Source of the DNA: Eledone cirrhosa
Lineage: Eukaryota
Length of the DNA: 64,000 bases
Reading direction: 5' to 3'
Assembly: GCA_964016885.1 (NCBI GenBank)
Contig: OZ024740.1
Span: 70,742,001 to 70,806,000 of the forward strand
Part shown: positions 13,366-26,216 of the stretch, piece after piece
Position numbering within the stretch: position 1 is the first letter of the stretch
How the letters are laid out: every line of letters begins with the position of its first letter
Notes under the pieces: generated by a model
The model's input: the letters and a program-made list of their open reading frames with translations, nothing else
Database searches by the model: none
Told to the model about the DNA's origin: nothing
Program-made: the position numbers and the translations under genes

Positions 13366-14541
13366 TATATGTGTTATTTAACCCTAAGTCAGCCATGATT
13401 GAGAAAACATTTGAGCAGAGATTCGTACTGTGAACCTCGTGATTTCCTATTTAAAGGGATATCAGGAAACTACATTATCCAGTGAGTCCCTATTTTAAGA
13501 GAATAGAATAAGATTTTAGAGAATTTAGCTGTTGTTTCTAGCAGATCGAGTAATCATGAAGAGGCTCTTGCATTGGCTTATTTTACTAACAACAAGTTAC
13601 ACGAATAGGCGTCGTGACAGGTTGAGGTAGATGTGATAATAATGGTGGATAGGGGAAACCCAAAACGTTAAGAGACGACAACAAAGACAAGAATAAAAAA
13701 AAAAACCAACGCCATTAACAACAGCAGATGTTTCGTCATGTAGAGACATATTTTATGAAATAGAAAAGAAGAAAAAAGACACACGTAACGCAATGACTGA
13801 ATTGGTTTATAAGTATGCCTGTATCAGCTCTCTGCCAACCTACCTGCTGTCTAGTCAGAGGTTGTCCAGAATGACAGAAGAAAACACGGGGATTGTGACT
13901 GGGAATGTATATATGTGCGTGCGTGCGTGCGTGTGTGTGTGTGAATTTGTGCGTGTTCCTCTCTCTCTATATATATATATTGTTCATTTTTTGTCGATTC
14001 TATTAAATGATGAATAGGCCCTGTTTATTTTAACATGTCTATTGAGCACTCTTATTCGATATGTGTTTTTGCCACACTTTTCCGAATATTTTTGCGGATA
14101 TAAAGGTTATCTCCCTTGCTGAAATCCATGTGTGTATTTTTAGCCTGGGTCTTGTCTTTCCATCCATTCGGACGAAGCTCGTTGATAAAGTAACTCCAGT
14201 CCCCCGCTATATGTAAGTCTTATATTTTTATATGAGCTGATAGATGACGGTTTAAGGATTTACAGAAACCCAAGAAGCTAGATATTCCATCTCTCTAGTG
14301 GGTCTGGGTATGCATTTTACATTCATTTCATTTATTGATTTATTGATAATTTATGTGAGTGTCCCGAATCTTCCATATCGAACTTATCGGTTATTTGGTT
14401 GATTGTAGACATATTCTACGTGTGACGGTATTTAACGATAGTTATAGCTCTAATTTATTTGAATTATAGAGCCCTCTGCCGCTCATCTCGAATTTTGTTT
14501 ATCGTGAACTCGTGCGCCGATTTTTCGATACTCGATTATTC

Positions 14542-14930
<389 letters not shown>

Positions 14931-15142
14931 TCGTTTCTGAATTTGTTTAGCAAGATTCTTTATCTGAAATCGTGTGTTGAAACCGATATCGTTATACTTT
15001 GGGAGGGTCATGTTGCCAATAAGAAACACACGCACCAGTTTCTTTCACTTCAATTTATTATAATAAATTTATAATAAATTTATAAATTTATAAATTTCTG
15101 GTTGGTTGGTTGGTTCCACAACCAGATAGTTGTTTATATATT

Positions 15143-15185
15143 GTCATAGTTCTTTCGTCACACACTCTGTGACCTCTTCAGTGAC
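15143..15185 (-). ncRNA. Minimal type-I hammerhead ribozyme in PLE 3' UTR
   Basis: GTCA-CTGAAGA-G-GTCACA gagtg TGTGAC-GAAAG aa CTA-TGAC. Confidence 0.7.
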
Positions 15186-15386
15186 TGGGGATTCCTTTCT
15201 TTGTTTCTGTGCCTCTCCTTTGTTCTGTCCTACGCCATTTTGTTTCTGTGTGTGTGTTGTGTGCTCAGTCTGCGCATGCGCCACATCCGGGTGTCTGTGT
15301 GTGTTTATGTTCATTTATTTATTTGTTTATTTACATGTTACTGGTTGGTTGTTTGTTCTATGTGTGTGTGTGTTTTCATTTTGTCC

Positions 15387-16685
15387 TTAATTGTAAGTTG
15401 TGATGTTGCTGTTCCACTCATATTTTCTATTTAATTTTGGTTGTAATTCTTTTATGTTTATTGCCTCTGTAATTTGTCTAAACATTGCGTCTTTTCTATG
15501 TGTAGATTCTATTTTTATTTCTATGTTTTCTAATTTACCCTTGTGTTCTATTTTAGCATGTTGGTAGAGTACAGATGATTCTTTACTATCTTGAAGGTCT
15601 CGCCAGTGTTCATTTATCCGTTCCCCTACACTACGAGCTGTCTCACCTATGTACACTATATTTTTGTCTCTACATTGTCCTTCAGTACATCTTATGCTAT
15701 ACACTACATTTCTAGTTTTACAGTTAATATGGGGGCTTATTTTACAGGTTATACATTTCTTATCTATACATGAGGGTCTTTGAAAAGGGTATGTCTTGCT
15801 AATAAGTGTTTTTACGGAGGTACCTGGTCTTTCTACTATCTTAATATTGAGTTTATGTTTATTTAGGGCCCTTCTAAATTTGTAAGCTAATTCACCTCTA
15901 GGGGTTGTATCGATGAACATTACACTCTGGTATTTATTGCTATCATACCATGAGTTTATTCTATTAGCCTTGTTCCTAGTTCTTTCTATTCTATTCCAAA
16001 ATTTGCTCCTATACAAGGGGCAGGTCCCATTTATGTCATTATTTACCATTTTTTCCCATTTGGTTTTGGCTCCTCTATACACTCTGATTTTATCTCTCTG
16101 ATTGTAGCCAGAGAACTGCATACGGTGGATGAAGTGTTGTATGTGTCTCTCTAGTTCTTCGGGGTTGAACATGCGAGACACGTTTCTCATCACCCGTACC
16201 AAATCCGCAATCAGTATGTTGATTTTGGTATGGTCCGAAACGGCCGAGTTTCGGTGGATCAGATGTTTGGAAGTCATGGGTTTGGCATAATGGGAATGGA
16301 GGATTTGTTTTTTGTTATTAATGGTATCTAACCAGAGCTCTGTGTCTAGTACAGGTAATCGATGGTTGGGGTGTTTACTTGGGTAGTCTATAGTAACTCT
16401 AATGCTCTGGTGGATGGAGTTAGCTATTTGCTGGATGCTTTCCATTGTGTTTTTCTCTAGTTCCTGACTGTTCTTTAGTGGGGGTGTCTTAACTACGATG
16501 TTTATATCATCAACGTAGCGGGAGTACATTATCAGGGTTAAGGGGTCTTCTAATTGTTCTTTAAGCTTAAGTTTAAGTCTACTGTCCCACCATACCATGA
16601 ATAAGTTAGCTATGTCGCCTACAATGCTAACACCAATGGCTGCTCCTTCCTCTTGGGCATATGTTTTTCCATTAAATTTGAACAT
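15387..16685 (-). CDS. PLE RT C-terminal half + CxxxxCxxC + GIY-YIG endonuclease (truncated, left arm)
   Basis: QEEGAAIG, YSRYVDDI, LPVLDT, CIDKKCITC, NVVYSIRC...VYIGET, HWRD...YQHAKIEH, LNRKYEWN. Confidence 0.85.
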   Translation of the reverse strand: MFKFNGKTYAQEEGAAIGVSIVGDIANLFMVWWDSRLKLKLKEQLEDPLTLIMYSRYVDDINIVVKTPPLKNSQELEKNTMESIQQIANSIHQSIRVTIDYPSKHPNHRLPVLDTELWLDTINNKKQILHSHYAKPMTSKHLIHRNSAVSDHTKINILIADLVRVMRNVSRMFNPEELERHIQHFIHRMQFSGYNQRDKIRVYRGAKTKWEKMVNNDINGTCPLYRSKFWNRIERTRNKANRINSWYDSNKYQSVMFIDTTPRGELAYKFRRALNKHKLNIKIVERPGTSVKTLISKTYPFQRPSCIDKKCITCKISPHINCKTRNVVYSIRCTEGQCRDKNIVYIGETARSVGERINEHWRDLQDSKESSVLYQHAKIEHKGKLENIEIKIESTHRKDAMFRQITEAINIKELQPKLNRKYEWNSNITTYN

Positions 16686-16723
16686 ATGTTCCTTAAGGGT
16701 TAGTTTATGCTGGCCCCTACCGC

Positions 16724-18373
16724 ATGTGCAATCATTTTCTTCAGTTCATCGTGGATTTTGCTGTGGAGAAAGGCGTAGAAATGATCAGTGAGAGCAATGT
16801 TGAGTTCCGTGGGATTGATACCAGTGAGCTGGGACTCCTACTTAAACTTACCTATAGTAATAATTACCTAGACACATATGACCTTAGCAACCTGTGCCCT
16901 ACAAGACCAGCAAGAGGCAGACCACCTACCATTACCTCAATGGCCAAGAAAACCCACACAGATAGATGGAACGGGTGGACCAGAGCCATACGGACACCCG
17001 AAAACCACGATGAACTGAAGAAAATGATTGCAGATGCGGTAGCGGCCAGCATAAAACTAACCCTTAAGGAACATATGTTCAAATTTAATGGAAAAACATA
17101 TGCCCAAGAGGAAGGAGCAGCCATTGGTGTTAGCATTGCAGGCGACATAGCTAACTTATTCATGGTATGGTGGGACAGTAGACTTAAACTTAAGCTTAAA
17201 GAACAATTAGAAGACTCCTTAACCCTGATAATGTACTCCCGCTACATTGATGATATAAACATCGTAGTTAAGACACCCCCACTAGAGAACAGTCAGGAAC
17301 TAGAGAAAAACACAATGGAAAGCATCCAGCAAATAGCTAACTCCATCCACCAGAGCATTAGAGTTACTATAGACTACCCAAGTAAACACCCCATCCATCG
17401 ATTACCTGTACTAGACACAGAGCTCTGGTTAGATACCATTAATAACAAAAAACAAATCCTCCATTCCCATTATGCCAAACCCATAACTTCCAAACATCTG
17501 ATCCACCGAAACTCGGCCGTTTCGGAACATACCAAAATCAACATACTGATTGCGGATTTGGTACGGGTGATGAGAAACGTGTCCCGCATGTGCAACACCG
17601 AAGAACTAGAAAGACACATACAACACTTCATCCACCGTATGCAGTTCTCTGGCTACAATCAGAGAGATAAAATCAGAGTGTATAGAGGAGCCAAAACCAA
17701 ATGGGAAAAAATGGTAAATAATGACATAAATGGGACCTGCCCCTTGTATAGGAGCAAATTTTGGAATAGAATAGAAAGAACTAGGAACAAGGCTAATAGA
17801 ATAAACTCATGGTATGATAGTAATAAATACCAGAGTGTAATGTTCATCGATACAACCCCTAGAGGTGAATTAGCTTACAAATTTAGAAGGGCCCTAAATA
17901 AACATAAACTCAATATTAAGATAGTAGAAAGACCAGGTACCTCCGTAAAAACATTTATTAGCAAGACATACCCTTTTCAAAGACCCTCATGTATAGATAA
18001 GAAATGTATAACCTGTAAAATAAGCCCCCATATTAACTGTAAAACTAGAAATGTAGTGTATAGCATAAGATGTACTGAAGGACAATGTAGAGACAAAGAT
18101 ATAGTGTACATAGATGAGACAGCTCGTAGTGTAGGGGAACGGATAAATGAACACTGGCGAGACCTTCAAGATAGTGAAGAATCATCTGTACTCTACCAAC
18201 ATGCTAAAATAGAACACAAGGGTAAATTAGAAAACATAGAAATAAAAATAGAATCTACACACAGAAAAGACGTAATGTTTAGACAAATTACAGAGGCAAT
18301 AAACATAAAAGAATTACAACCAAAATTAAATAGAAAATATGAGTGGAACAGCAACATCACAACTTACAATTAA
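16724..18373 (+). CDS. PLE RT (from just after motif A) + GIY-YIG endonuclease (truncated, right arm)
   Basis: Same motifs as the left arm (YIDD; YIG changed to YID); long insertion before RT motif B as in Naiad/Chlamys PLEs; the ATG lies on the inversion junction. Confidence 0.85.
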   Translation: MCNHFLQFIVDFAVEKGVEMISESNVEFRGIDTSELGLLLKLTYSNNYLDTYDLSNLCPTRPARGRPPTITSMAKKTHTDRWNGWTRAIRTPENHDELKKMIADAVAASIKLTLKEHMFKFNGKTYAQEEGAAIGVSIAGDIANLFMVWWDSRLKLKLKEQLEDSLTLIMYSRYIDDINIVVKTPPLENSQELEKNTMESIQQIANSIHQSIRVTIDYPSKHPIHRLPVLDTELWLDTINNKKQILHSHYAKPITSKHLIHRNSAVSEHTKINILIADLVRVMRNVSRMCNTEELERHIQHFIHRMQFSGYNQRDKIRVYRGAKTKWEKMVNNDINGTCPLYRSKFWNRIERTRNKANRINSWYDSNKYQSVMFIDTTPRGELAYKFRRALNKHKLNIKIVERPGTSVKTFISKTYPFQRPSCIDKKCITCKISPHINCKTRNVVYSIRCTEGQCRDKDIVYIDETARSVGERINEHWRDLQDSEESSVLYQHAKIEHKGKLENIEIKIESTHRKDVMFRQITEAINIKELQPKLNRKYEWNSNITTYN

Positions 18374-18574
18374 GGACAAAATGAAAACACACACACACAG
18401 AGAATAAACAACCAACCAGTAACATGAAATTAAACAAATAAATAAATGAACATGAACACACACAGACACCCGGATGTGGCGCATGCGCAGACTGAGCACA
18501 CAACACACACACAGAAACAAAATGGCGTAGGACAGAACAAAGGAGAGGCACAGAAACAAAGAAAGGAATCCCCA

Positions 18575-18617
18575 GTCACTGAAGAGGTCACAGAGTGTGT
18601 GACGAAAGAACTATGAC
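18575..18617 (+). ncRNA. Minimal type-I hammerhead ribozyme in PLE 3' UTR
   Basis: Stem I GTCA/TGAC, core CTGAAGA...GAAA, stem II GTCACA/TGTGAC, CUA triplet. Confidence 0.7.
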
Positions 18618-18769
18618 AATATATAAACAACTATCTGGTTGTGGAACCAACCAACCAACCAGAAATTTATAAATTTATGAATTTATTATAAATTTATTAT
18701 AATAAATTGAAGTGAAAGCAAATGGTGCGTGTGTTTCTTATTGGCAACATGACCCTCCCAAAGTATAAC

Positions 18770-18770
18770 A

Positions 18771-18806
<36 letters not shown>

Positions 18807-18831
18807 GTATATATATATGTATATATATATG

Positions 18832-18909
<78 letters not shown>

Positions 18910-18933
18910 TAGATATATATATATATGTATATG

Positions 18934-18982
<49 letters not shown>

Positions 18983-18983
18983 G

Positions 18984-19028
<45 letters not shown>

Positions 19029-19069
19029 GTATATATATATGTATATATATATATATGTATATTTATATA

Positions 19070-19109
<40 letters not shown>

Positions 19110-19262
19110 TATATATATATATATGTATATATATATGTATATATGTATATATATATGTATATATGTATATATATATAAATGTATATATATATGTATATAT
19201 ATACATGTATATATATATATATATATATCTATATATATGTATATATATATCTATATATATAT
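18770..19262. repeat. (TA)n/TATG microsatellite
   Basis: Read directly. Confidence 0.95.
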
Positions 19263-19379
19263 ATAAGTTGAAATAAAATGAAAACGAAATTTCATTTCTC
19301 ACTCTTAGTACGGCACTTACTTAAATGTAAGTATGTGTGTATACGTACATACATATATGTATACAGACGTACAGTAGCA

Positions 19380-19477
<98 letters not shown>

Positions 19478-19639
19478 TATATACATACAGGTACACATAC
19501 ATATATGCACGTATCAGTTTAGCGGACGCTTATTATAACGCCGTTTTGTTCGTTTGTAAACAAACTGAACAGCCTGAATTTTTTTGCCGTACGGTGTTAA
19601 GGCAACCACGTCACCTTTTTGTTCAACACTGACACAGGA

Positions 19640-19682
19640 ACGATGTACTAGTTTCAAGCTTGTTAGCTATCATCAGCACCGT
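19640..19682 (-). ncRNA. Minimal type-I hammerhead ribozyme (array unit 1)
   Basis: ACGGTG-CTGATGA-tAGCT aaca AGCTt-GAAAC ta GTA-CATCGT. Confidence 0.75.
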
Positions 19683-19918
19683 AAACCCATCTGCCAGATA
19701 GTTGAACGTTCGAAAGTATATACTTTCCTTATGAAAATTAACGGCTGAGCAGCCTAATTTGAATATCGAGTGAGCTAAGTCGGTCAGGCATACCGAAAAC
19801 GATAAGTTGAAATAAAATGAAAACGAAATTTCATTTCTCACCCTTAGAACGGCACTTACTTAAATGTAAGTATGTGTGTATATGTACATACATATATGTA
19901 TACAGACGTACAGTAGCA

Positions 19919-19982
<64 letters not shown>

Positions 19983-20142
19983 TATACATACAGGTACACA
20001 TACATATATGCACGTATCAGTTTAGCGGACGCTTATTATAACGCCGCTTTGTTCGTTTGTAAACAAACTGAACAGCCTGAATTTTTTTGCCGTACGGTGT
20101 TAAGGCAACCACGTCACCTTTTTGTTCAACACTGACACAGGA

Positions 20143-20185
20143 ACGATGTACTAGTTTCAAGCTTGTTAGCTATCATCAGCACCGT
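20143..20185 (-). ncRNA. Minimal type-I hammerhead ribozyme (array unit 2)
   Basis: Same motif as unit 1. Confidence 0.75.
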
Positions 20186-20421
20186 ATACCCATCTGCCAG
20201 ATAGTTGAACGTTCGAAAGTATATACTTTCCTTATGAAAATTAACGGCTGAGCAGCCTAATTTGCATATCGAGTGAGCTAAGTCGGTCAGGCATACCGAA
20301 AACGATAAGCTGAAATAAAATGAAAACGAAATTTCATTTCTCACCCTTAGAACGGCACTTACTTAAATGTAAGTATGTGTGTATACGTACATACATATAT
20401 GTATACAGACGTACAGTAGCA

Positions 20422-20507
<86 letters not shown>

Positions 20508-20667
20508 TATACATACAGGTACACATACATATATGCACGTATCAGTTTAGCGGACACTTATTATAACGCTGCTTGTTCGTTTGTAAACAAACTGAACAGC
20601 CTGAATTTTTTATGCTGTACGGTGTTAAGGCAACCACGTCACCTTTTTGTTCAACACTGACACAGGA

Positions 20668-20710
20668 ACGATGTACTAGTTTCAAGCTTGTTAGCTATCA
20701 TCAGCACCGT
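20668..20710 (-). ncRNA. Minimal type-I hammerhead ribozyme (array unit 3)
   Basis: Same motif as unit 1. Confidence 0.75.
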
Positions 20711-20821
20711 ATACCCATCTGCCAGATAGTTGAATGTTCGAAAGTATATACTTTCCTTATAAAAATTAACGGCTGAGCAGCCTAATTTGCATATCGAGTA
20801 AGCTAAGTCGGTCAGGGGTAT

Positions 20822-20864
20822 ACGGTGCTGATGATAGTTAACAAGCTTGAAACTAGTACATCGT
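20822..20864 (+). ncRNA. Minimal type-I hammerhead ribozyme (inverted part; stem II AGTT/AGCT)
   Basis: ACGGTGCTGATGATAGTTAACAAGCTTGAAACTAGTACATCGT. Confidence 0.7.
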
Positions 20865-21024
20865 TCCTGTGTCAGTGTTGAACAAAAAGGTGACGTGGTT
20901 GCCTTAACACCGTACGGCATAAAAATTCAGGCTGTTCAGTTTGTTTACAAACGAACAAAGCGGCGTTATAATAAGCGTCCGCTAAACTGATACGTGCATA
21001 TATGTATGTGAACCTGTATGTATA

Positions 21025-21108
<84 letters not shown>

Positions 21109-21345
21109 TGCTACTGTACGTCTGTATACATATATGTATGTACGTATACACACATACTTACATTTAAGTAAGTGCCGTTCTAAGAGTGAGAAATGAAATT
21201 TCGTTTTCATTTTATTTCAACTTATCGTTTTTCGGTATGCCTGACCGACTTAGATCACTCGATATGCAAATTAGGCTGCTCAGCCGTTAATTTTTCATAA
21301 GGAAAGTATATACTTTCGAACGTTCAACTATCTGCAGATGGGTAT

Positions 21346-21388
21346 ACGGTGCTGATGATAGCTAACAAGCTTGAAACTAGTACATCGT
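21346..21388 (+). ncRNA. Minimal type-I hammerhead ribozyme (inverted part)
   Basis: ACGGTGCTGATGATAGCTAACAAGCTTGAAACTAGTACATCGT; predicted cut after GUA at 21382. Confidence 0.75.
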
Positions 21389-21547
21389 TCCTGTGTCAGT
21401 GTTGAACAAAAAGGTGACGTGGTTGCCTTAACACAGTACGGCAAAAAAATTCAGGCTGTTCAGTTTGTTTACAAACGAAAAAACGGCGTTATAATAAGCG
21501 TCCGCTAAACTGATACGTGCATATATGTATGTGTACCTGTATGTATA

Positions 21548-21615
<68 letters not shown>

Positions 21616-21665
21616 TGCTACTGTACGTCTGTATACATATATGTATGTACGTATACACACATACT

Positions 21666-22921
<1,256 letters not shown>

Positions 22922-23289
22922 TTATGCCAAAAAGCTCTATCTAGGGGAGTATAAGTCAGACAGACTAAAATAAGTTAATCTCACTCATATAAACGTCTCC
23001 CTACCATGGTTTCAAAAACAAAAAGAAACAATACCAACCATTTTAAATAATTAGAATAACCAGTATTGGAAGAACTCGTTTTTCCATGGGGGGCGAATTC
23101 TTTGGAACAAGATGAAATATTGAACATAAATTATACGGAGAGAAATTTGTTCATTTAGTAGTTCAGCAAAGCAACGTGTTGGGCCCCATGTGGCTTCAGC
23201 AAAGAAATGGTCTGTACAAATTTATGATCAACATTTGCTCTTGTTTCTAAGAATACTTCCCTGATGATAAACTAAGTGCTTCCAGGTGA

Positions 23290-23750
23290 ATCTTTGATGA
23301 GGACGTTCCCATCTTTTGACTACGATAGTACCACTTTTGATGACTGTGAGTCAAACACTTGCCTTATTCTGCTGTATAATGAATTCAAGTCTCTACAGTT
23401 ATAAGCTCTCTGCATATCTGCTGAAACTTCAGACCACCAGTTATTTTTTATCTTTCAAGTTTTATATTGTAGTTTTGACTCAAAAATTGTCCTCACGGCA
23501 CTCTCTGTAACAAGCACTTCTTATACAGCTTATTCTTCTCTTCAGTGAACATGGTGATTGCAGCATTATCATCATCAAACCAGTGTTTTGTCGTCTTATG
23601 ACCAACACTGTAAATCTGTGTTGTGACGCTACAAAGCATGTAAAGACAGACAGGGCAAGTTGTGCCTTTCGGTGAATTGCGCAAGGACGAAAAAATATCC
23701 AAAGTGCATCAACTGAAAAAGAAATGAGAGAACGGTGCGTGAGCACTTAG
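23290..23750 (-). pseudogene. Degenerate RTE (BovB-like) LINE fragment, region between endonuclease and RT
   Basis: Translated pieces KHWFDDDNAAI..EEKNK, NNWWSEVSADMQ, LYSRIRQVF, KDGNVLIKD. Confidence 0.6.
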
Positions 23751-23764
23751 TCAAAGAAGACATT

Positions 23765-25024
23765 GTTCCAATTACAGAGGGATCTCTTTGTTAAGCCCTC
23801 CCGATAATGTCTATGGTAAGTGTCTGGCAAAGACATGCAGGGAGATTGTCGAATCCAAGCTAGCTGATGAACAGTGCAGCTTTCGCCCCGGACGCAATAC
23901 AGCCGACCAAATATTCAGACTGTGGCAGGTTTTCGAGAAATTGTGGGAGTACTACCAGGAGATATATTCTTGTTTTGTAGACATCAAAAAGGCATATGAC
24001 CGTGTTCCTCGGAATCTGCTGTGGAAGGTTTACAGGAGTGTGGGGTGGATGGTCAGTTTCTTGCTGCACTGATGTCTCTATACCAATGCCCGAGTAATTA
24101 TGTTCGGATAAAAGATGCTAAATCGAAACCATTCAATGTGGGAGACGGACTCCTGTTCATTATATTCATGAACAGGATTAATATACGCAGCCGTTTGGAA
24201 GTGGTATCACAACTGGTAGGTGTAAAATCAGTCGGCTGCAATTCGCAGACGACATGGTGTTACTTAACTCGACAGAAGGTGATCTCCGACTAGCACTCCA
24301 GAAGCTTGATGCCGAGTGCTGCATGACTGGAATGAAACTCAGTGCTGCGAAAACTAAGACTCTCGTCCTCTCAAGGAAGCCTGCGCAGTGCATTCTAGAT
24401 GTGAATGGAGTTCCACTGAAGCAAGTAAAGCCGTTCAAGTATCTCGGGACCGTGTTCATAAGTGATGGAAGACAGGGCTGACTTAAGTGGAAAAATTGCA
24501 TGAGCTGCTGCAGTAATGTACCAACTTCAACATTCGGTAATCAGAAGAAGGGAGGCAGGAGTAAAAGCCAAACTCGCTATCTTCAATTTGGTATTCGTGT
24601 CAACCCTTACCCATGGTCATGAATCTTGGGTAATGACCGAAAGAATACGATCACGAATACATGCGGCCGAAATGGGGTTCCTCCGAAAGGTCTTTGGAGT
24701 AATGTTACTCGATAGATTGCGTAGCTCGGGTATCAGAGGGCTCGGATATTGAGAGATCACAGTTCCGATATTTGAGCATGCGGTTAGAATGTCTCAGAAA
24801 AGAATTACTGGACAGATTTTACGGGCAAAACCAACCGGCAGAGGACCCAGAGACAGACCCCGAGAAAGTTGGTTTGATAACATCTATGAGGTTGGGTGAT
24901 CTCGCTTTGGGATCCAGCCGGATCAGTTGGAGATAGTTGCTTCTGACAGGACCCACTTAAAGGAGTATTTGAGGACCCTACCCTGCACGACGCTCTCATG
25001 AATAAGTGGGTGAAGAAGAGAAGA
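23765..25024 (+). pseudogene. RTE-clade (Expander/Rex3-like) LINE, RT to 3' end, frameshifted
   Basis: NYRGISLLS, EQCSFRPGR, FVDIKKAYDRVPR, FKYLG, HGHESW, AAEMGFLR; GAA-type tail at ~25011-25024. Confidence 0.85.
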
Positions 25025-25105
25025 TATGTATATATATATATATATATATATACTGTACCGATTGTCTTGTTATTTCTGTTTACCTTTTACATTTATATAT
25101 ATATA

Positions 25106-26126
25106 TAAAAGGTAAACAGAAATAACAACACAATCGGTACAGTATATGGAAGCAATATATTAGGTTAACGCTTGATATAGCAGGAAGAGGGTCATAACGT
25201 TTCGGACGCTAGTCCTTCATCAGAAGAAATAATGAGAAATAAGATTGATTGAGGGGACGGGAGGGTTGGAATTAGAAAAAATGTTTTCAGATAAAAATAA
25301 CAGGTCCATTCATGTTGACATCTCTTGCAAAACTGTTGGTGCTGGCGTTTTGTGTATGATTTATTTTTTAGAAAAGTGGATCATGGAGCGCGTCTACCTG
25401 AAGTGGAAAAAAAGAGGTTTTGTAAAAAGAGCTATACTTGTGCACATGCGTAAGCATGTGTGTGTCTGTGTGTGTGTGTTATGATACGTCCGTACGAAGC
25501 TCTGAAGAAATGTGTGTGTATATGTAAGTAAAAGAGTGTGTGTACATGTAAGTACGAAGCTATGAGCAAAAGTATGTTAATATAAGGGTGTGTATGTGTC
25601 TATACAGAGCAGTGAAGGGGAAAATGGTGTGAGCATATTTAGTCGGTCTGTATTAGTTGTAAGAGAAGATGTTAATGATCAAGAGATACCGATAGGAATC
25701 TAGGGGTGAATGTACAAGCGTGTGTGATAATGGACGGGGTATTAAAGAAATTGGGGAGGTGAGTTGAGTCCGAGGGGGAAATAGGACCCAAGGCGGGGAA
25801 TCAGACTTTGTTCAGTCCTGGTACCCGAGGCCTGTGAACCATGATGTAAACGGACACCCAGGATTGAAACATGCAGGGAAGAATGACCAGGAGAACAGAA
25901 ATGACGGGCGACAGGAGTATCCAAACCGGGTCGTATGTCCCTCAAACGCTCAGCAAAACGGTCCGCCATACGGCGTCCCGTTTGTTCGATATATAAAAAC
26001 CCGCAAAGGGAACACCGGATGGCATAGACAACGTGGGTGGATGTGCAGATGAAAGAGTGAGGGATACGGAAAGATCCGTTAGGGCCTGTAAGAGTGGTGA
26101 GGGTGGAAATGAAGGGACAACTGGTG
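25106..26126 (-). mobile_element. Penelope-like (Neptune-type) 3' fragment: GIY-YIG domain (25742-~26120) + 3' UTR
   Basis: FICTSTHVVYAIRCSLCGFLYIEQTGRR...PVARHFCSPGH...PLGLN; both ends in TA/CA repeats. Confidence 0.85.
25192..25227 (-). ncRNA. Minimal hammerhead ribozyme
   Basis: TCTT-CTGATGA-A-GGAC tagc GTCC-GAAACGTT-ATGA; palindromic AACGTT stem III. Confidence 0.75.
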
Positions 26127-26136
26127 TATGTGTGTG

Positions 26137-26216
<80 letters not shown>

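Larger units (their letters stand above)
14991..18769. mobile_element. Penelope-like retroelement (Naiad-type), 5'-truncated, as a divergent inverted duplication
   Basis: 14991-16725 is the reverse complement of 17034-18769; both 3' ends point into (TA)n; RT+GIY-YIG ORF and HHR in each arm. Confidence 0.9.
19263..21669. mobile_element. Non-coding ~500-bp tandem + inverted array, one HHR per unit (retrozyme / non-autonomous PLE-like)
   Basis: Three units starting ~19263, ~19802 and ~20305; inversion at ~20816; then ~1.7 units in the opposite orientation; internal (TA)n of variable length; no real ORF. Confidence 0.8.

Noticed and set aside
16724-18769. Selenoprotein-type Naiad (UGA + SECIS)
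   Set aside because: No in-frame TGA in either arm, all finger cysteines are TGT/TGC, and no SECIS was recognised.
19263-21669. CRISPR-like or snRNA/5S gene array
   Set aside because: No unique spacers, eukaryotic context, and no recognisable snRNA or rRNA sequence.
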